Of a DNA stretch of 64,000 bases, positions 58,795 to 64,000 are shown piece after piece; within the stretch, counting starts at the first letter, position 1; each line of letters starts with the position of its first letter. Under the pieces are notes generated by a model. That model was not told where the DNA came from. It ran no database searches and saw only the letters and a list, made by a program, of their open reading frames with translations. The DNA comes from Dehalococcoidia bacterium (GTDB lineage: Bacteria; Chloroflexota; Dehalococcoidia; UBA2979). The stretch lies in assembly GCA_965219085.1 (NCBI GenBank), contig OZ244720.1:448001-512000 (forward strand), written 5' to 3'. A program made the position numbers and the translations under genes.

Positions 58795-61269
58795 ATGACC
58801 GGGCCATTCGAGGCGCTGCGGGTCATCGATCTCAGCAGCGGACAAGCGGGCGGCGTCACCACCATGGTGCTGGCCGACTTCGGGGCCGACGTGATCAAGG
58901 TCGAGCCCCCCGGCGGCGACCCCGGGCGTGCCGAGCCAGCCAGCCCGATGTGGCTGCGCGGCAAGCGCAGCGTCGAGCTCGACCTCTCCGATGGCGCCGA
59001 CCGCGGCCGCCTGCATGCGCTCGTGCGCGGCGCCGACGTGGTCGTGGCCTCGTTCGCGCCCGGCGAGGCCGAGGCGGCCGAGGCCGATTACGCGACGCTG
59101 TCCGCGCTGAACCCCGGCCTCGTCTACTGCTCGATCACGGGCTGGGGCTCCACCGGCCCGTACGCCCACTACCCGGCCGACGAGCGGCTCGTCGCCGCGA
59201 AGTCCGGCCGCATGCAGTCCTTTGCCGGCGTCGTGCGCCGCGATGGCCCGTCCTTTGGGGCGGTGCGCATCGGCACGCACGCCGCAACGCAGTCCGCGAT
59301 CGCGGGCATCCTCGGCGCACTGCTCGTGCGCGACAAGCTCGGTTCCGGCCAGCTCGTCGAGACGAGCCTGCTGCGCGGAATGCTCCCGTACGACTTCCGC
59401 ACGCTGCTCTCCGAGCAGCTCACGCCGCGCTACCCCGAGCTGCTGGACGCCGATCCCTATGCCCGCTTCGACGCGGACACCCAGCCGATGCTCGGCTACC
59501 AGCCGGTGATGGCGAAGGACGGGCGCTGGATCCAGTTCGCGAACCTGCTCGAACACCTCGTGCAGTCCAGCCTCGTCGCGATGGACCTTGCCGAGGAGCT
59601 GTTCGGCAACCCGCGCTACGCCGGCACGCCGAACGCGCTCACCGATGAGGCGCGCGAGGAGGTCCGCAACATCATGCTCGAGCGCGTCCGCGAGCGGACG
59701 GCTGCCGAGTGGATGGAGGCATTCAGCACGAACGGCAACGTCGCCGCCGAGATCGTCGGCACGGCCCAGGAGGCGCTGTACCACGCCGACATGGAGGTGA
59801 ACCGCGAGGTCGTCGACATGGAGCACCCCGACCTCGGCACGGTGCGGCAGCTCGGCCTGCTGGCGCGGCTGACCGCGACGCCGGGCGAGGTAGGCGGACC
59901 CGGCCCGCAGCCGGGCGAGCACACCTCCGAGGTGCTGGCGGAGCCGCCGCGAGCCGCGTGGTCGCGCCCGTCGACGAACGGCTCGCCGCCCGCGCACCCG
60001 CTCGAGGGCGTCACGGTGCTGGAGTTCGCGACGATCATCGCCGCGCCGCTCGGCGCATCGCTGCTGGGTGACATGGGCGCGCGCGTGATCAAGGTCGAGC
60101 CTGTGGACGGCGGGGACCCCATTCGCGGGTTCGGCGCCGGTCTGGGCGCCACCTTCGGGGCGTCCAAGACGACCGCCTCGAAGGAGAGCATCTGCATCGA
60201 CCTCAAGTCCGAGCGAGGCCAGGAGATTGTCAGCCGCCTGATTGAGCGCGCGGACGTGATCGTCCACAACTACCGGCCCGGCGTGCCGGAGCGGCTCGCC
60301 ATCGGCTACGAGCAGGCGAAGGCGATCAAGCCCGACATCGTGTGGGTGAGCGTGAACGGCTACGGCCCGGACGGGCCGGGTGCGCACCGGCCCTCGGCAC
60401 ACCCGATCCCGGGCGCCGTCTGCGGCGGCGCGCTCATGCAGTCCGGCGTGGAATGGCCGCCCGCCGAGGTCGCCTCGATCGACGAACTGCGCGAGGCCTC
60501 GCGCTGGTTCTCGCGCGCCAACGAGGGCAACCCGGACCCGAACACGTCGATGTGCGTCGCCACCACGGCGATGCTCGGCCTCATGGCCCGTCACCAGACG
60601 GGTAAGGGCCAGCGCATCTTCCTCAGCATGCTGGGGGCCAACGGCTACGCGAACGCCGAGGACTTCCTTGCCTACGAGGGCAAGCCCGACCGGCCGACGC
60701 TCGACCCGGCGCTGCATGGCACGTCGGCGCTAAACCGGCTGTACCGCTCGCAGGACGGCTGGGTGTTCCTGGCCGCCGAGGATGAGGCGTCGTGGAACGC
60801 GCTCGCCTCGGCCGGCGTGAACGGGCTCGGCTCCGACGACCGCTTCGCAACGGCCGAGGGCCGGCGCGAGCACGACACCGCGCTCGCAGCGGAACTCGAG
60901 TCGATGTTCGCCCTGCGCGACGCCGACGAGTGGGAGCGCGACCTGATCGCGGCCGGCGTCGGCTGCGTGAACGCGGGCGGCTACGACAGCCCGGGCGCGT
61001 TCTTCGTGCACGACGAGCACGCGCAGGCGAACGGCCTGCTCTCCGACGCGCACCACGCGCTGTGGGGCGACTACCAGCGCTGGGGGCCGCCTGCGACGTT
61101 CAGCGCCACGCCGGGCAACCCGCGTGCGGGCGTGCTCGCCGGCGAGCACACCGACGAGTTGCTGGCCGAGGCCGGCTACAGCCCGTCGGAGATCGAGGCG
61201 CTGCGCACCGACGACGTCGTGTGGTCCGAAGTGCCGATGGAGCTCCCGGAACCGGCGACCGTGGCATAG
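58795..61269 (+). CDS. Family III (CaiB/BaiF) CoA-transferase with two fused repeats
   Basis: LADFGADVIKVEPPGGDP..RGKRSV.LDL and a second LGDMGARVIKVEP..GDP..KESICIDLK..NYRPG. Confidence 0.9.
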   Translation: MTGPFEALRVIDLSSGQAGGVTTMVLADFGADVIKVEPPGGDPGRAEPASPMWLRGKRSVELDLSDGADRGRLHALVRGADVVVASFAPGEAEAAEADYATLSALNPGLVYCSITGWGSTGPYAHYPADERLVAAKSGRMQSFAGVVRRDGPSFGAVRIGTHAATQSAIAGILGALLVRDKLGSGQLVETSLLRGMLPYDFRTLLSEQLTPRYPELLDADPYARFDADTQPMLGYQPVMAKDGRWIQFANLLEHLVQSSLVAMDLAEELFGNPRYAGTPNALTDEAREEVRNIMLERVRERTAAEWMEAFSTNGNVAAEIVGTAQEALYHADMEVNREVVDMEHPDLGTVRQLGLLARLTATPGEVGGPGPQPGEHTSEVLAEPPRAAWSRPSTNGSPPAHPLEGVTVLEFATIIAAPLGASLLGDMGARVIKVEPVDGGDPIRGFGAGLGATFGASKTTASKESICIDLKSERGQEIVSRLIERADVIVHNYRPGVPERLAIGYEQAKAIKPDIVWVSVNGYGPDGPGAHRPSAHPIPGAVCGGALMQSGVEWPPAEVASIDELREASRWFSRANEGNPDPNTSMCVATTAMLGLMARHQTGKGQRIFLSMLGANGYANAEDFLAYEGKPDRPTLDPALHGTSALNRLYRSQDGWVFLAAEDEASWNALASAGVNGLGSDDRFATAEGRREHDTALAAELESMFALRDADEWERDLIAAGVGCVNAGGYDSPGAFFVHDEHAQANGLLSDAHHALWGDYQRWGPPATFSATPGNPRAGVLAGEHTDELLAEAGYSPSEIEALRTDDVVWSEVPMELPEPATVA

Positions 61270-61281
61270 CGAGGACTTGCC

Positions 61282-62379
61282 ATGCCTGGTGACCGCATCG
61301 GCGTTGGGATCATCGGCGCCAACGTGCGCTACGGGTGGGGCACGCGCGCTCACCTGCCAGCGCTGCAGGCCCTGCCGGAGTTCGACCTCGTCGCCGTCGC
61401 GACGACGCACATGGAGACTGCCCGCGAGACGGCCGACCGCTACGCGATCCCCAACGCGTTCGACAACGCGCAGGCGCTCGTCGAGCACGCCGATGTCGAA
61501 CTCGTGCTGGTGTGCGTGCGCGTGCCGCTGCACCACGAGCTGACCTCGGCGGCGCTGCGCGCGGGCAAGCACGTCTTCACCGAGTGGCCGCTGGGCGCGA
61601 ACACTTCCGAGGCGCGCGAGTTGCACGACCTCGCCGTCTCGGTCGGCGTGCGCCACATGGTCGGCCTGCAAGCGCGCGCGGCGCCACAGTTCGTGCGCAT
61701 GCAGCAGCTCATCGCCGAGGGCTACGTCGGCGAGGTGCTGTCTGCGACCATGCGACAGACGCTCCCCGGCGCGGGCCCGCGCCGCGAGTCCTTCGCGTGG
61801 GCCGTCGACGCCTCCAGGGGCGCGTCGACGCTCTCGATCGCCTCCGGGCACGCGCTCGACGCGCTCGCGTTCTGCCTCGGCGAGTTCCGCTCGGTGAGCG
61901 CGAACGTCGCGACGCGCGTGCGCACCATCGAGGTCGTCGACACCGGCCGCACCGCCGAGGTGACCTCGCCGGACACGGTGCACGTCTCCGGTGAGACGGA
62001 GAGTGGGACCGCGGTCTCGGTCGCGATCAGCAGCGTGCCGGGGCACGGCTCCGGGCTGCGCTTCGAGGTACACGGCAGCGAGGGCGTGCTGCTGCTGACC
62101 TCGGACGGCATGTCGCAGATCGCCGGACTCGCGCTCAGCGGGGCGCGCAACGAGGACGGCGCGGTCGCCGAGCTGCCGATCCCGGACGACTGCTGGTGGG
62201 TGCCGCAGGATCTCGTCGGCCCCGGGCTCAACGTGGCGCAGCTGTTCCGCCGCCTCGGCGAGTCGATCCGCGGCGGCGCACCCGCCGTGCCCGACTTCGC
62301 CCACGCCGTGCGCCGCCACGAGATGCTCGACGCGATTCAGCGCGCTTCGGACACGGGAGAGCGGCAGGGGCTGGCCTAG
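61282..62379 (+). CDS. Gfo/Idh/MocA family oxidoreductase
   Basis: VGIIGA...WG..AHLPAL, AGKHVFTEWPLG, GHALD, GSEG. Confidence 0.9.
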   Translation: MPGDRIGVGIIGANVRYGWGTRAHLPALQALPEFDLVAVATTHMETARETADRYAIPNAFDNAQALVEHADVELVLVCVRVPLHHELTSAALRAGKHVFTEWPLGANTSEARELHDLAVSVGVRHMVGLQARAAPQFVRMQQLIAEGYVGEVLSATMRQTLPGAGPRRESFAWAVDASRGASTLSIASGHALDALAFCLGEFRSVSANVATRVRTIEVVDTGRTAEVTSPDTVHVSGETESGTAVSVAISSVPGHGSGLRFEVHGSEGVLLLTSDGMSQIAGLALSGARNEDGAVAELPIPDDCWWVPQDLVGPGLNVAQLFRRLGESIRGGAPAVPDFAHAVRRHEMLDAIQRASDTGERQGLA

Positions 62380-62458
62380 GCTCGCGGGCCCAGTGGATCC
62401 ACACTGAGGCGCGGCCGCAGCACGCCCTGCCACGCACTCACTCCGGAGGCCGTACAGG

Positions 62459-63010
62459 ATGATGCGATGGGCGATGCCCGCAGTCCTCGGAATCGCGTTA
62501 CTCACGACATCCTGGAGTGCGGTCGCGCTCGTCGTCTCATCGGTGTGCACTGGCGCAGAATCGCCGGGGCCGATCGAGGCCGATTCGGAGCGTATCAAGG
62601 TCGAGCTGGACGGCCGGTCGTTCCGCCAGTTCGAGCCCGGACGCGACGCCGACAAGCGCAGGGGCGTCGTCCTCGACTTCGTCAACGGCCTGAGCCTCTG
62701 GGCGCAGTACGCCGAGGGCGGCTACGCGGTGAGCGAGTGGCAGATCTCGTCGAACGACTACCGCATCGAGTCGCGGAGCGGTGACAGCGGCGAGGTCACG
62801 ATCTCCTTCATCAACCCGCGATCGAGGCAGCAGTTCCCCGAGGCTTGCGAGGACTGCATCGAGACCTCGGGCGTCTCGATCTCGATTCGCAACGTCTTGG
62901 ACGCCGACCAAATCCGGTTCCGGGTGAACGACCCGAACGGCAACCTGCCGAGCCCGTTCCCGGTGTTCGGCTCGTGGACGCGGTTCGAGGAAGACGAGTA
63001 CTTCGACTAG
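62459..63010 (+). CDS. Hypothetical secreted protein
   Basis: Hydrophobic N-terminus, host-like codon usage, CEDC motif; no family recognised. Confidence 0.6.
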   Translation: MMRWAMPAVLGIALLTTSWSAVALVVSSVCTGAESPGPIEADSERIKVELDGRSFRQFEPGRDADKRRGVVLDFVNGLSLWAQYAEGGYAVSEWQISSNDYRIESRSGDSGEVTISFINPRSRQQFPEACEDCIETSGVSISIRNVLDADQIRFRVNDPNGNLPSPFPVFGSWTRFEEDEYFD

Positions 63011-63082
63011 GCGTTGCGTTGTGCACCTACTGATGTGACGGATGTGTATGTATGATGCACACGGCTTGGGAAGGCTTGAGGC

Positions 63083-63358
63083 GTGGCCAGGGTACAGATC
63101 GTTATTGCGGACGAGGATCGTGACCGCTTCGTCGCCCAGGCGCGGCGAGAGGGCCTGACGCTGAGCGCCTGGCTGCGGGCCGCCGCGCGCGAACGGCTCG
63201 CGGCCCGCCAGCGTGCTGCGTTGTTCGAGTCCGAGGAGGACCTCGAAGCGTTCTTCCGTGAGTGCGACGCGATTGAGGGTCCCGAGCGTGAGCCGGACTG
63301 GGAAGAGCACCTCGCTGTCATGCGCGAGTCGCAGCTTTCGGGTACCACCGGCACGTGA
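63083..63358 (+). CDS. Putative antitoxin (ribbon-helix-helix-like)
   Basis: RVQIVI....RFVAQARREGLTLSAWLR.AA; GTGA overlap with the PIN toxin. Confidence 0.75.
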   Translation: MARVQIVIADEDRDRFVAQARREGLTLSAWLRAAARERLAARQRAALFESEEDLEAFFRECDAIEGPEREPDWEEHLAVMRESQLSGTTGT

Positions 63359-63753
63359 TCTTCGTTGACACGAACGTCTTCATGTACGCGGTCGGGGGCG
63401 CGCATCCTCTGAGGGATCCGGCGCGAGCGTTCTTCCGCGATGCCCATCGGGAACGGGCGCCCCTGTGTACCTCAGCGGAGGTGCTGCGGGAGCTCATGCA
63501 CGTCTACCTGCGCGCTGGGCGGGCTGAGGCGCTCGATGCAGCCTCGTCGCTGGTTGCGAGGGCCGGGCTCGATATCTGGGCCCTTGAACCCGACGACGTA
63601 GAACTGGCCCGCCAGCTTATGGACAGCTATCCCGGTCTCGAGCCGCGCGATCTCTGCCATCTCGCCAGTTGCCGCAGGCGAGGGGTGAGCGAGATCAGGA
63701 CATTCGACCGCGCCCTCGGCGCCGCAGTGTCCGGGCTTGCAGCCGGAAGCTGA
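63355..63753 (+). CDS. Type II TA toxin, VapC/PIN family
   Basis: MIFVDTNVFMYAVG, TSAEVLRE, RDLCHLA, IRTFDR. Confidence 0.9.
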   Translation: MIFVDTNVFMYAVGGAHPLRDPARAFFRDAHRERAPLCTSAEVLRELMHVYLRAGRAEALDAASSLVARAGLDIWALEPDDVELARQLMDSYPGLEPRDLCHLASCRRRGVSEIRTFDRALGAAVSGLAAGS

Positions 63754-63778
63754 AGCTTCGAAGGCACAATCCTCGCGG

Positions 63779-64000
63779 CTAGTGGACGAACATGCCGCCG
63801 TTGACGTTGAACACCGAACCCGTGATGTAGGTGCCCTCGGTCACGATGTAGCGCACGAGGCTCGCGACCTCCTCGGGCCGTCCAAGCCGCCCCAGCAGGA
63901 TCTCGCCCCTGAGGTTCTCACGCTGCTGGTCGTTGAGCCCCGACAGCATGTCCGTCTCGATGAAGCCCGGCGCGATCGCGTTGACGTGGATGTTGAAGCG
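63779..64000 (-). CDS. Short-chain dehydrogenase (FabG/PhaB-like), C-terminal part; truncated by window edge
   Basis: IHVNAIAPGFIETDM..LGRLGRPEEVA..YITGSVFNVNGGM. Confidence 0.88.
   Translation of the reverse strand, partial: RFNIHVNAIAPGFIETDMLSGLNDQQRENLRGEILLGRLGRPEEVASLVRYIVTEGTYITGSVFNVNGGMFVH

Overview
High-GC bacterial chromosomal segment, most consistent with a Chloroflexota (Dehalococcoidia-like) genome; this is inferred from the L28 sequence and gene content, not from a search. Housekeeping blocks: yggS-proC-yggT with convergent yggU; rpmB divergent from DAK2-DegV-recG; argJ-argB-UPF0182-argD-VOC-argG-(TA)-argH-rpe; nth divergent from selD. There are many CoA-dependent catabolic genes (two ~91% identical tandem acyl-CoA dehydrogenases, two crotonases, CoA transferases, an ADP-forming acyl-CoA ligase subunit), plus hydrolases and four MFS transporters. 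Features the ORF track misses: two in-frame UGA selenoproteins with SECIS-like hairpins (SelD CGGU; FrnE/DsbA-like UPWC); probable CTG and ATC start codons; a 39-aa low-GC hydrophobic ORF with a perfect SD, structured leader and terminator (type I TA-like); a 24-bp tandem array between nth and argJ; and an IS1380 nested in an IS3 that interrupts a Leu/Phe/Val dehydrogenase, with both 4-bp target duplications intact. Accessory cargo includes a coupled ABC/AAA ATPase + PIN pair (candidate defence system), three type II TA pairs, a GIY-YIG/RAMA-like nuclease and an lprG-P55-like lipoprotein/MFS pair coupled to selD. Several single-base frameshifts could be either consensus errors or real pseudogenes. 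No rRNA, tRNA or CRISPR array was seen.
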